A stretch of 60,000 nucleotides of DNA from Malacoraja senta (Eukaryota). Position numbers and translations under genes: made by a program. The notes under the pieces are model-generated. The model was not told the origin of the DNA. It searched no databases and saw only the letters and a program-made list of their open reading frames with translations. Within the stretch, counting starts at the first letter, position 1. Each line of letters starts with the position of its first letter. Shown one piece after another: positions 45,601 through 59,161 of this stretch. Location: the NCBI GenBank assembly GCA_038087875.1, contig CM075987.1, positions 18,478,001 through 18,538,000 on the forward strand, in the 5' to 3' direction.

Positions 45601-48600
45601 AGCTTGTCATAAGCAGCCCACCAAGTGCTGTATTGTTACTTTAAAACTTCTTACATCTGCCACTCAATTATATTTTTAATGTTCATTTTTTATTCATATT
45701 GGAATGTTGGAATTCAAACATTATGTAGCAATTTCAAGGTTTAAAAGCAATACATTGACAGCACAATGGCTTAAATAGTCCAACAAGTTTAAAAAATATA
45801 TATATTATTAGACATGACATTTGAGAACAAGGTCAACATTTAATGTCCAATCTTAGGCCATCTTGGGTGCTCTTGAGAAGGGGATGTTGAACAGTCATTT
45901 GGAACTGCTGCATTCTCTCACAATGAAGGTGTTTTAATAGTTTCCATCAGAGGAATTATCAATTTACAACTCAAGTCTGCCTATGACTAAATCTCCACAA
46001 TGATATAGATGATCTTATCTGAATCAAAACATAGAACCAATGTAAATCCATTTAAAATCCTGATGTGCAGCATTTAAACTCAAATACAAAATGCATAGTT
46101 GTTTGCAAGGAGTTACAGGAATATAATTGCACTGATGATAAATAGTAAATAATATACGATGGGGGATGAGTTGGCACTCCCATCAAATTGTGCCCTTGCC
46201 CTTGAGGGTGGCGATTTTGAATATTTGAGAGGAGCTGCAAAAGTCTTGGAGACTTATACTTGACTAGCAGGCTAGATGGCAGTTGAGGGAGTGGATGCTT
46301 AAACCAATGGAGGAAGATAACAACATTGAAACCCATTCTTCCTCTGGAGACACAAGGAACTGCAGATGCTGGAATCTGGAGCAAAACACAAAGTGCCAGA
46401 GGAACTCAGTGGATCAAGCTGCATCTGTGGAGGGAATAGACAGACACAAGCTGGCAGGTGATGTGAAAATAGAGGTAGTGGTGGGGAAAGGGGAAGAAGA
46501 TGAGAAAGGTGAACAAAGGGCCAATAAACCTAAGTGGACTGTTGAGTAGATGAGGAGAAAGATTGCAAAAAAACAATGTTCATGATGGCTGTCACTCCAT
46601 TTCAAAGATACTGCAACCTGAAATATTTATTTTCTCAGATGATCAGAATGCATGACGGAGTTTACATCAAATACCTTTTTCACCAGTCTCTTTATATTGT
46701 ATGAAGTACTTAACTTTGTGTAAGGCGTTATGTAAATGCAGGTGCTTTCTATATGTAACCAACGTCAGAAGGAAAATACGTAGCCTGCAAGGGTTTCTCA
46801 TATGTTGAGCACATCAATGTAACTTACTTTAAATTAATATTCCAGATTTACCTTGTGAAAGCCATTTAATGTACAACAACTATGGGTAACTGACAAGTTA
46901 CGACACATTTTGCAGTATGTTCCAAGGGCGCAGAACAGTATAGATTTGAGATGGTATTGAACTCAATTGGCAAATTTTCGTTTCTGATTACAGTGAACAT
47001 TCAGATGAGACAATACTACCCCTGCAAATTAACATGGTCACGTTGCCTAGCACACTACACATATCCTGCACTGTGTAAGGATGACAGTTGCTATTGGAAA
47101 CTGACTGGTAATAAATTATGTCATTTAGTTAAGGTAAGAGAATTTCTGTATTAAAAAAAAATCTAAAATGAAGGATTTTGACAGTTCTATTTACATTGCA
47201 GGTGGTCACTAATAATTACTAAGCAATAATCTAATGGATTGATTGAAGTAATTGCAAGAGAGCACCTCTCACCTTGGCCAGAGACCAAACGACGATTGTA
47301 TCTCACTGATCAGAAGTTTTATAATGCTGGATGCTTGCCCTCTCATTTCAATAATTGAAGACGAAGAAGCATTTCAATATTTGGCCAAAAAGACAGGATT
47401 TATCACTCGTATCCCAACCAATATTTCCCCAACATTTAGAAATCCCCCCCCCCCCCCCCCCCACTGTACACCAGCTACCTGCTTCCTACACCGTAATGTA
47501 TGCAAAGTACTTAGGAAAATCCTAGTATTGTGATATTCTTTTTTTGCCGCAGGGAAGTGGAGGAGCAGCTACTGGAGGCGATGGGTGGCGCATTTGTGGT
47601 GGTCGCAGATAGTGGCGTTGGCCCTACAGCAGCCGAGTAAGCGAGGGAATTGAGCACCAGCGGCTGCATGGAGCGGCGTCAGATGGAACCAACGGCATCG
47701 TGTTGGGCCTGTCTGACCCCACTTCATTGATCCAGTATGCCAGGACCTCTGGCATTAAAAGTGAAGAAATAACAAAATTCATATCTCCTTGGGCCAAGAT
47801 GGAGTTTCTCAAAAAAATTGGAAGTTGCAAGATGGCACCGGTAAGGTGGCCACTCTCTGCAAGCTAATCCAATAGATGACTTATTGCACTCATGAATGTA
47901 TAATTTGACTTGATGCCATGCGGACAAGCATTTCACTATATCTCTATATACACGTGACAATAAATACACTAACTAACTAAACCTCAGGTTGCCGATGATT
48001 TTCTTCCACCCAGGTTTGTGGGGTCCAAGATGCGCAAAGAGCTCTGAGCAAGAGGAGCTGAACAGAGCCCTATTCCTGCAGGCACTGACTGCTTCTCTAT
48101 CCTGGACTTCTCCTCATTCTCAGCTTTCAGGTTGTTGATGGGAGATGACTTTGACAGTCATAAACATGTACAACCCCATGACTATTCCAGTCACCTGCCA
48201 TTTGCTGCTGGATCCTTGCACTCTTTTCAGCCATCATCTGTTTCTCAGGTCACAGGTCTTCTTGTTGGCCCTCAACCTTCAAATGACAAAGGACCTGTTT
48301 TGGTTTTGTCTTTGAGATATGATCACTTTCCCTGTACATAAAATCCTCGTGCTTATTAATTTCTTCCTGCATCACCTGATTGCTCTCATTAAATCAGTCT
48401 TGATACTCTTTGGTTGAAAGGCCAATAGGTGCTAATTATGGCAGACTTTACAGCAGCCCAGGAAACAATTCTGCCTGTTGGGAGTGATCAGATTGCCTAC
48501 AAAGTGCTAACCGTGTAGAACATGAATTGAGTTATTTGATTCCTTCAGTATTAATCTTCCTATCATACCCTGCTGTGGTCATCACCATCCAGGAAGCAGG

Positions 48601-51600
48601 TTAATGGAGACGACAGATTGGATCAGGTGCACATCCAACCATCAGTCAATGGCACCTGTTGTGAATGAAGGTTGAAACCAACCCTGCAGTTAATCATTCA
48701 GATGTAATTGAGCAGATGTCGCTCTAAGATCTGGAACTTGTCTCCATGACAAAACTGGACCTGGGTTTATGACAAGTCCATGTTTGAAGCATTTTGGCTG
48801 GAGACTCAGAAGGAGTAGCTTTCTCTTCTTCTTTCCAATAACACCATAGAGGTATGCTTCTTCACCAACTCTGGCTGTAAACTTACCAGGGAGCAGCAGG
48901 CTTCCTACAGTTGGGACATTGGCCAAGGAATGCTTGGACTCAGGGTAGGATTCACTTTTGGTCTCATCTTGTTTCCAGAGTTGGTGGGTGTCAATGACTG
49001 CAGTACGCTGCTTCTACTTAAGAGCGAGTCAGATGCTGATAAGGCAATTGCTTTTCCTACAGGGGGCTATTGATAAAACTCTGGTGCAGATCATTGTTAA
49101 TGGTGAGATCCATGTCATGGAGGAAGATTCCTCCTTCAGGCTTCCTTTGCAGAGAGTGTACATTGATCATTGATCTTGCCTTTACTCGCTCAATAAATCT
49201 CATTCAGGGCAGCAAAGTCAGCACTGAATTCAAGTTCTTAAGTGTGTAGGGAGGGAATGCAGATGCTGGCTTAAACAGAAGACAGATACAAAAAGCTGGA
49301 GTAACTCAGCACATAAGGCAGCATCTCTGGAGAGAAGGAATAGGCGAGTTCTGAAGTGATATCCCAGTGCACTAGCATTAGGATTGTTAGTGAGAAGTCT
49401 GCCATTCCAGATCTTGAACCCTCATTTAGACAAGTGGAAAATGCCTGTGCCTGCTGCAAGGCAGCCATTGCACACCAGATGCCAAGCAGTCTCAGTTGAA
49501 GAGAACCATGTTCGTTTTTTTAGATTTAAGCACAGATGTGGATGTAGATACACAAACCATGCCACACTTGTAAAAGGCATGAAAGAAAGACTATTCAATT
49601 ATATAAAGTGCTGTGCAGCATTCCACCATGCAATGTTTTATGTCAGAAAATAATATTGCAAAGTAACACCTTTAAGCGGAATAAAAGAGCAGCACCAATA
49701 CTACCAATAGGAGCATAAAAATAAAATTACTAGCAGCTCACTTTGGGGTTCAGGTAGAGCAAAAGAAAGATGATTGGGTAGAAATTCCAGAGCTTCAATC
49801 TGGGAGAGATTATTCACAATGATAGATACCAGGAAGACAAGTGAAATGAATTTACCATGCAGCGTTACAATTATTTTTAAAAAAAGGACATAATACACAA
49901 CATAATTCAACACAGACATCCACTACAGCACTCTTCACTGTTGTGGAAGGCAATACAGTTCAGACACTCCTCCTCCACCTCCCTTGTTCACTCGTGGTTG
50001 GGGCCCTGACCCTCCGTAGTCACCACTACGGACGGCCCGATGTTCAAGCCCTCTGGTTGGGATGGTCGGAATGCAGGCAGGCAGCATCTCTGGAGAGAAG
50101 GAATGGGTGACGTTTTGGGTCGAGACCCTTCTTCAGACTGATGTGGGGGAGAGGGAGGGGGGGAGGGGGAGGGAGAGGGAGAGTGTCTAACACCATATAT
50201 TTTTGACTAGTCTAGAAGGACTTCCCTGCTTTACACGAGGAAGATTTCACATTCTAGCTTCATCCCATCTGTCATAGAATACAGAACATTACAATGCAAA
50301 AAGAGGCCCCTCGGCCCACTATGAACATGATGCCATAAACTACTCTCCTCTGCCTGCATGTGATCCATATCCCGCCATTCCCTGCATATAGATGTGTCGA
50401 TCTAAAAGCCTATCAATCATCACATTATTTCCAAAATTAGTTCTTACTCAACTCTCCAAAATATCCTAATTTAAGTTTGAGTCAGGCTGTAGAATGAATC
50501 AGCACTTTGGCACATTTCAGCCAGCACCAATGCAGATTTTAATGGAAGAGATAGCAATACTTAATCTAATGCTCCTCTTGGTCAGAGGTATAATAACTAT
50601 AAATCAGTTTGTAAGATAGAATTTAAAGGCATGATCCATTTACAGTGCAGTTAAGCAAATTGCTTGACCTGGATTCCTGTCAGTCTATAAGAGGTTGTTT
50701 TAAACTAGCTACATGATTAATGATGGATTGGAAATTTCACTCCTGCTCCAACTTTGTGAGTTAGAGTGGTACACAGAACTGCCACAGCTGACGTTTGGTT
50801 GGGTGGGTAAGGTTATTTGAGATATTGTGCACTCCTCCTGCTGTTTACACATGGGCTCTCACTACCATTGCCGGTGGGGGGGGGGGGGGTGGCGTCGCCG
50901 GAGAAGCGCTCCAACCACTGGCCTGTGGCCTACAACATCTTGAAGCCGCGGTCGAAGGAGGTGGTCAATTTAGGAGCTCCGGGCTGTGGGGTGTGCTTGA
51001 CTTGTCCTGACGTCAGCATTTCGACCATCCCAACCAGAGGGCTTGAACATCGGGCCGTCCGTAGCGGCGACTACGGAGGGTCAGGGCCCCGACCATGGGT
51101 GAACAAGGAAGGAGGAGGAGGAGTGTCTGAACTGTATTGCCTTCCACAACTGTGAAGAATGCTGTAGTGGATGTCTGTGTTGAATTATGTTGTGTATTAT
51201 GTCCTTTTTTAATAATTGTAACGCTGCATGGTAAATTCATTTCACTGCACCTTATGGTGCATGTGATAAATAAATTTGAACCTTTGAACCTTTCCTCGAT
51301 GCTCCTTCAAGCAATTACAGGGCCAGCAATATCCTTATTAGTTGGTGAGGATGTTACACTTGTTCCCAAGAAGGATGAGGATAACCTTCAAGTGTTTTCT
51401 TTGCACTCCTGATGAACGTCAAAATGGAGCGCTTGTTTCAGGAGATTGGTGCCAAGCATGTAGGTCCATCAAAGTGGAGGATGAATCTGGAGGATTTGGG
51501 GATACTGCTTAGATGTTACATGTCCTACTATACAAACAACATACAAGGAGGGTGGGAAAATCACTGCTGCACACAACAGTATATTGGAGACAATAGCACA

Positions 51601-51839
51601 CTTCATCATCGATATTTACCGGTGCTGAGGCGGTTCCTCTTTTGAGCCATTTACTAGGATCTCATTGTAGATTTTATGATTGGGAAACCATGCATGGTAG
51701 GCTAGGGTAGCAGAGGAACCATCTCTTCACAATATTGTTTTTTTTAAATGAATGCGTTGATGTGCTTCCATGCAAGAGGCATTGATGATTTGCTCGGCCT
51801 CTAAAAGTGCACAAACAAGCCTGTGGCTGCAAATCAATG

Positions 51840-52085
51840 AGTGAGATTAGGGTAGACAAAAATGCTGGAGAAACTCAGCAGGTGAGGCAGCATCTATGGA
51901 GCGAAGGAATAGGTGACATTTCGAGTCGAGACCCTTCTTCAGACTGAAGAAGGGTCTCGACCCGAAACGCCACCTATTCCATCGCTCCATAAATGCTGCC
52001 TCACCCGCTTAGTTTCTCCAGCATTTTTGTCTACCTTCGATTTTTCCAGCAACTGCAGTTCCTTCTTAAACAGTGAGATTAGGGT
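51840..52085. mobile_element. Penelope-derived fold-back element with two opposed hammerhead-like cores and 14-bp TSD
   Basis: ~90-bp arms centred on CTTCTTCAG-A-CTGAAGAAG; TSD AGTGAGATTAGGGT at 51840-51853 and 52072-52085. Confidence 0.88.
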
Positions 52086-54519
52086 GCTTGTTCACAGGAT
52101 GGCAATCAAATATCACCACCTTTAACCAAGTCTAAACCCTTTAATCACTTTAATATATTACTGGGTTGTAGAATTAATTGAAATAACAATCAACAGATTG
52201 TTACTGGACCAACAGTTTTCCAAAATTCCACGAGTGCCAGATTAATAATGTATTATAGTACATAGAACTGCATGATGAAGGGAGTTGTGGAACAAGATTC
52301 TGGGAATCGTCAAGCTTGTTGAATTGGCATTGTCAGCTTTGATGATGTAAATTCTTATTTTAGATGCTTTGGTTAAGGCTGCCAATTATGGCTGAAATTT
52401 ACTATTTCGAAGATGATATCATAGAGCCCAGAATCTTTCCAACAGTTTTTATCCCCAAAAATGTTCAAGGAAAATTAGAACGGTCACTTTAAAAAATACA
52501 TTCTCTCCACTTGCTTACACAGGCATCAATCCCAGGAAACTCCAAGGCAGGACTAGTCAGGGTAAAATGCAGGTAAAACACAAAATCAAAGTGGTAAAGC
52601 TTACCAAGGTTGACAGGATTTCAGAGCCGACGTAAAGCATCGGATTAACTGTGATCTCATCTAATACTGGAGCAGGCTTGAGGGGCAGAGAAGCTTCCGG
52701 ATGCTCCAGAGTGGTTGCATGAACAGTGAGTTCACTATCTCAGTGCAGAACAACACAAATATTATTTTATGCAGCTGCTCAGTTAGTGTGTAAAGTTCTG
52801 TTACAGAGCAGCTGAGGATGGATGGGTTACAATGTCACATGGGAAGAAATGCCACACAAACACACTCCATTGAAACCATCTTTACAGTAGTGCATCTATA
52901 TAAATATTGGCAATTAGAGCTTACCACAAAAAGGCTTTCTAAATTTCTTTTTACTTCTTTATTTAGACAAAAGGGCATAGTTTTAAGATGAGAGGGGCAA
53001 ATGCGCAAGGCAAGTTAAAAAAAAATCTTTATAAGAGTCGTGGGTGCCAGGAACGCACAGGCAAGGCATGGTAGAGGCTGATACGATAATACCATTGAAG
53101 AGACCTTTAGATCGGCACAAGAATATGCAGGGTATTATGAATATGAAGGTTATTGATCATGTGTAGGTAGTGATTAGTTTATCTTGGCATCATGTTCGGC
53201 CTGGACATTGAGGGCCAAAAGCCCTGTTCCTGTGCTGTACTGTGTTCAGTTCTATTTAAATTTACATAGAACATTTCTTTGCTGTCAAATAGTTCTCTTA
53301 AAAATGGGTTAATGATAGTCCTTTTTCAATTGTGAATTAATGAAAAATAATTTGCCACTTGGCTGCAGATGCAAATACTCAAAAATACAAGGCCACTGGT
53401 CATTTTCTGCTTGGTGTTATGATCATAAGACAATTTCAACTTCTCCATCATTCCTCCCTTCCTAATTCCTACTCGTGGAATTACTTGCATTTCAAGGACT
53501 TCAAAGTCTTATAGGAACTCCTTACCCAACAGCACAACATCACAAGGACTGAAGTGGTTCAAGGCAGTTCACCACCACTTTCTCAAGCAATTATTGGCAA
53601 TACATGCTGCCATTGCCAGGTACAGCCATATTCTGCAAATGAATAAAAAGGTTACTGCTTTAATTGTAGGGAAAATGACAGCAATTCTGCACCCAAGGTC
53701 CATAAACAGTAATTATACAAATGACTGGATAATCTGCTTTCATAAGGATAGAAATTATAGTGGCTTGGACACGGAAAATGGATCCCTTATTGTCTAAAGC
53801 CTAGACTTCGTACTCTAGAGCTGGATGGAAATGCACAATCTTGAGATTTCAGCACCAAGCCATGTCTAACATCCATTTAGTGTGGTGGGACAACTAAAAT
53901 CTCAGAGATTAGCTTTTTAATAGAATTACATGCATTACATAGTTTAATGTCCTGGCTCATCGGGTAATGTTATTTAATTTATGAGTAGCGATAACCAGAA
54001 GAGCAGCCATTATCTGTGCAAGCTTGTTCTGTTCAATTCCCACCCACCCTCCCTCTAAAATCAACACGGTCGAAAATTAAAAAAAAAAAAGATTCTGGAA
54101 ATTGAAATTAAAATCAAAAATGGAGAAAACTCAGCTGGTTCATTTGCAATTTAAACTGTCCGGTTCTTTTCCCAACAAGCTATTAGCTATATTGGCCTGG
54201 TAATCTGACCCACACTTACACCGTTTACTCATTAAACAATCCAGCAATCAACAACATCCATTATAGAATTTACAGAGTAATCCTGTGCAGATGCATCTCC
54301 AGGAATGCTGGAGAAAATGAGTTTGCAGCTCTCAAGCCTCCACATCTTCCGCCGTGTTGTCGAGAGTTCTTAGTACGTACTAGTTCCAATGGTGTATTGT
54401 TAGCACTTTAAACAACTGTTTACCGTAGCTAATCTAGTTACATTTGAAACCCTTTAATTATCCACACAGGGTAATGCTATAATTTAAGTCATCTACTCAT
54501 GCAAATTATTCAAATAAAA

Positions 54520-54833
54520 TCAAAAGACACTTTCAAATCTTTTATTGCAAATAAATAAATTCCAAACATTTTGTTAAACAACCTGAAATCATAGTTCACA
54601 TTAGTATTAGAACTGTGCACTTCACAATCCACAAAACCAGTTCACAGTCACTCCAAATAGGTACAGGAAATGGAGGAATTGTGCCAATTGTCTGACTTGG
54701 GAAAGGATTGAGGTTTGTTTTTACAAGCAATTGCAATTAATCAGAACACAGTAAAGACAGCTGCAACACCAAATTGCAATGCATTTTCACAAGGAGCTGT
54801 ATTGGTCTGATGAAACCTGTGACTCTATAAACT
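54520..54833 (-). other. Putative terminal (3' UTR) exon of the unidentified gene, with polyadenylation signal
   Basis: Acceptor TATTTCTGCTGTTCCCCAG before 54833; AATAAA at 54541-54546 followed by GU/U-rich GTGTCTTTTGATTTTATTT; candidate partner donor CTG|GTGAGT at 55952-55957. Confidence 0.5.
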
Positions 54834-55055
54834 CTGGGGAACAGCAGAAATACTTGAATGCATTCCTTTCCCTTGTCCACCAGACACATCCAGAATTGCA
54901 CCACAATAGATTGTGACACAATTAACCACAGTAGTGTTAGCTATAATTCTTTAGTTGCTAATAACATCTTTAGATTTGGGGCTGCCATGAATGCTGGGCT
55001 AATCATATTAGTATTAGAAATATGCATTGCTAATCATATTTTAGGTAAGATTAGA

Positions 55056-55257
55056 CTGGAGCAAGTAGAAGAGAACATTTTAGTCCAGATTGCCTCAAGA
55101 TGGTTCTCATAGTAGATGCTCATAAGCAATATTGAATCCAGATGCACTAATCTAGACCGAGTAGATGAAGACAACATTTTAGTGCACATTGCCTCAAGAT
55201 AGTTCTCATATTAGATGCTCACAGGCAATATTGAATCCTGATGCACTAACCTGGAGC
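55056..55257. repeat. Two-copy ~95-bp tandem repeat
   Basis: AACATTTTAGT.CA.ATTGCCTCAAGAT.GTTCTCATA.TAGATGCTCA.A.GCAATATTGAATCC.GATGCACTAA occurs twice. Confidence 0.9.
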
Positions 55258-56033
55258 ATGACAGTGTCTGCTCGGATCTATTGATGGCAGATTTACATAT
55301 TTTGTTGTGTTCATTGCAAAGACCTGATAAGTGGGATGGGACAGTGAAATCAATGCACAGCACAGAGCCAACTCTTGTCTCTCTCTTCCTGGCCCAAGGT
55401 CTACTCCTTTGTTTAAATTCATATTTGTATTATCTGGCAGGGCTGGATAAAACCATGAAAGAAGTAGGATCAATGTGTCTATCTTCCGAAACGTATGATC
55501 AGTTCAGCCAAGTGGAGTCCATGCAATAATCTTACCTCCCCCCACCCCCCTCTAACAAAAAAGTATTTTCTTTCATCTACAATTTGCAGTGAACTTGGCC
55601 ACAATTCAACAAAGAAAGGAAACCATTGAGGTTGAAGTACTTAGCCGAGTACCTTCTTTTCATACTTCTGATATGAACAAATAATTTTCCATTAGAGTGT
55701 GAGATCAGAATTAGCATTGATTTCCCAACAGAACAATCGAGCAGGTGAATTTGGATCAGGCCTGATCCAACCAAGTCCCCAAAACACTGCAGGACTGTCC
55801 CTAACTGGTGACTCTCCAACATTAAATGTTGATAATATGACTCTTAACAGAATAACGTAACCTAGAGTTGATGTTCTGGGTTCTGATAAATGAGACCAAG
55901 TAGAGGAGTAAGCCTGGTCAAAGGAGTTTAGTGGCAGATTTATGGAACTTGACTCACCAGCCAAATCCATGCCACAATTAACAAAACAGTAGATCAACCA
56001 AGTGTCTGTGCATAAGGAACTGATAGAGCTCTG

Positions 56034-56115
56034 TCAACATTTGCAGAAGATGCCAATCACGTTTGCAGCTGGATTTCGAACAGGAAACCCTGTTGAGATG
56101 TGTGTCAATGAACAT
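56034..56115 (-). CDS. Last coding exon of unidentified gene: (K)CSLTHISTGFPVRNPAANVIGIFCKC*
   Basis: Acceptor TGATATACCTTGCAG; phase-2 start fits the preceding exon's AA end (AA+A = Lys); TGA at 56034-56036. Confidence 0.62.
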
Positions 56116-57488
56116 CTGCAAGGTATATCATGGTCAATTTGCAAGCATCACTTACATTAAAAACTGAATGCTCAGGTCTTCCAACTCTCACTACAGTTAG
56201 TTCAAAGACCACCTGGAAACTTCTTTGCTGCGCTACAGAATTTAATCTGACAGGCTGTAAAATCTTGTTTACAGAACACAATCGTGGCAAAAAGTTGAAG
56301 GGAGTGAATCCAAGGTGATAAATCTAGCATCAGCCAGAAAAGGTCTGGTTGCATGAAACATGCTTGTACTGGGACCTAACCAAACCCCTTATGTTCTCAA
56401 AGCATACATTAGTCTCTCTCTCCCCTATTTTTCATCTGCTCATTCTCCCCATATACAATTGTGACCTCAATTAATGTTATTACAAACTGATATAGTAACT
56501 AATTTGAAAATGCAGAACTGTTGAAATAGGATGACAGCATTTGTGCTCCAACTATCTAAATATAGAGAGGGGATTATATCACAAATGGCTGATATGTTCA
56601 AGCCCTTATTAAAGCAAGTCAATTTCAAACAGAAGAGGAGGAAATTTTGAAGATCCGTCTTAGAAGTAAAACAAAAACAGCATAATTGGAAGAGGAAGGA
56701 AATTATTCAGTTCAAATCATGGGATCAATTCAAATCTAAAGTTCAAACTCAATTACTACACAATATCTGATGCAGGATGATCAATTGTATTTGTCCCATC
56801 TGATTTTGTATCCTACACAGCTAAAAACACCGCTGTAAATCAAATGAAACAAACAATGGTGCTTCCAGTATCCAAGTGATATTTTCTAAACTATAAAACT
56901 ATAGGTTTGGGATGAATGGCAGAAAGTGACGAATACTGCTGCAAAAATGAGATAATAGTTGTGTATTTCATCATGTACAATGTTATCTTGTATTTGTTGG
57001 TTAACTGTGATAAGCAAGGGACTTCTAGAGGGAAAGCAGGTTCTGCATTTAATACTGGAGTGCACAGGTCTGAACTTCCCTACTGCAGCTTTTATGAAAG
57101 TATCGTGCAAAGCAAATTGTGTCAACCATGTATCTGCTCAATGCAGTTGCATGTCCCATAAATAAATAAATTGCTAGTGACCAATATACAGTCAAGGGAA
57201 AGGTCATGTATCATTCGTCAGATCTCAGTGAAGGTTTCAATCTTAGCAAGTCCTACTTCTCAATACAAATTCAGAGTTCAAGATGGCACACTTTCTGTGC
57301 CAGAGTATCAGGATACAGATTTAGTGATTTAAAAACCACACATCAGTGTTCTGCTTTCAGTGTGAATTCCTTGCTTACAACTGGAGGAATCATTTGAAAA
57401 TAAAATGTCCTGGAAGAGCAAATATATATTAATATGACCCAACAGATATTACTTTTTCAGTAAGAAAATAATCTTAGAAAAGACATAC

Positions 57489-57583
57489 TTCTGCAAACTA
57501 AGTGACTTCATATTAAACTGGACATCAAAATGGCCATCCATCTCAAAACCATACTGGTCAAGAAGATAATTGGATTTTGGTGC
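57489..57583 (-). CDS. Internal coding exon of unidentified gene: APKSNYLLDQYGFEMDGHFDVQFNMKSLSLQ(K)
   Basis: Long polypyrimidine tract ending TTTAAAG, donor AA|GTATGT; 95 nt; only the phase-0 frame is stop-free. Confidence 0.75.
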
Positions 57584-58254
57584 CTTTAAAAAAAAAAAAT
57601 GGAGAGGTAAGGTGGTGGTTAATAACATACAATTTCTCTGGAAATTTGCCTGATTTGACTGCAAGGGAAGTCCCAACCACACAATCTGGTTCACAAATGC
57701 TGTCAGATGTCTGATCACAAAAATGTCAATGGATTTCAATCAACGGTTGTACAATTCATTGACACATTTCGTTCTCATGGGCAGCATTTCAGATTATCCA
57801 GATGCACCGCTCAATTATAGAAATGATAGATAAACAAAGCTGCAGGGTAGTCATTCTGCACGAGCCAATTAGTTTGCCTTAGACATAAAGGTGCAGAGAT
57901 AATTCAGTTCCACATCAAAGCATCCAGTTAATGGACCAATATTCAGGTGATAAATGGGCATTCATTCTCCTGCCCTCCACACATTTACTCTCTACTTAAA
58001 TCAGGTAAGCAGATAAGGAATCACACAAAATACTGGAAACACTCACCAATGCAGCCAGTGTTGAGGGTATGGGTGTGTGTGCAGATGTTGTTGGTCCACT
58101 GAGGTATCTCCAGCATCTTGTTTTTTCGCAGTATTTTGCTTTGGTATCAAGATTAGTGTATCTTTCTAATTACGCGAATAAATTAACAGATTTGGAGTGA
58201 AACCTATGCATCTAGTAAACAATCAGCAAGCTATTAAGAAAATGACAGTGGGAC

Positions 58255-58493
58255 ACTTTAAACCTGCGGTAGACAAAAATGCTGGAGAAACTCAGCGGGT
58301 GCAGCAGCATCTATAGAGCGAAGGAAATAGGCAACGTTTCGGGCTGAAACCCTTCTTCAGACTGGTTTCGGCCCGAAACGTTTCCTATTTCCTTCGCTCC
58401 ATAGATGCTGCTGCACCTACTGAGTTTCTCCAGCATTTTTGTCTACCTTCGATTTTCCAGCATCTGCAGTTCCTTCTTAAACTTTAAACCTGC
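58255..58493. mobile_element. Penelope-derived fold-back element with 13-bp TSD (intronic)
   Basis: Inverted ~80-bp arms; TSD ACTTTAAACCTGC at 58255-58267 and 58481-58493. Confidence 0.85.
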
Positions 58494-59161
58494 ATTTTCT
58501 GTCAGATTTCATCAGGTGTTATTCCTCAAGGGAACACATGTCATTTAGTGCCAAATGTTTAGTGGTAACTGTACAATACCAATGCCAAGCAAGTCTTCAA
58601 ATTAGTCATCAAGAGTAAGAAGTCAGAAGACCTCAATAATATTTTTACTGGCCCTACTAGATTCTACGACCATAAGACTAAGGCAAGTGTGCCAAGTTGC
58701 GGCTGGCTCTACCTCACTTGTTTTACAATATGCAAGCTCATAGAAAGCTTCTAATCCTACCAAATGAGATGATCAAAGTACGAGAAGCAACTTAACAAAG
58801 TATGTCCAAAATATCAAGCATGTGTGCTGCATAATGAAAGACTAGGAGGGTAATGAAGTGAGCAATCTGCCTAAAATCGACATTACCCCAAATGTAGAGG
58901 GTATAGTGATAAAGGCTTCCAGACAAGAACCTAGCAGCCTCAAGCTCCAAGTTTTGAAAGAAAGTTCAAAACCAAATATATTTTATTAATAGACACAAAC
59001 AAATGATTTAAATAGTCCAGTAGAACTCCACAGCCAAGTGGGTTTTTATTAGCTACTTTTACTTTACCTCGATAGTAAATGTCAGTAAGCCATGAGTGAG
59101 CTAATATTGAGTGGTCACAATTCCACAATGCACAAGGCAGGCATATATATAAGAAACATAC

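Noticed and set aside
54560..54660. SECIS-like GTGAA...AA...TGAT segment in the terminal exon
   Set aside because: The upper helix is too short and asymmetric for a canonical SECIS by eye.
55978..56115. Alternative phase-0 frame of the last exon (MFIDTHLNRV...LLFC*)
   Set aside because: Incompatible with the phase-2 end of the 57489 exon, and I found no intervening exon to correct the phase; the nearby GTAAGT at ~56150 would give only a ~40-nt intron. Not fully excluded.
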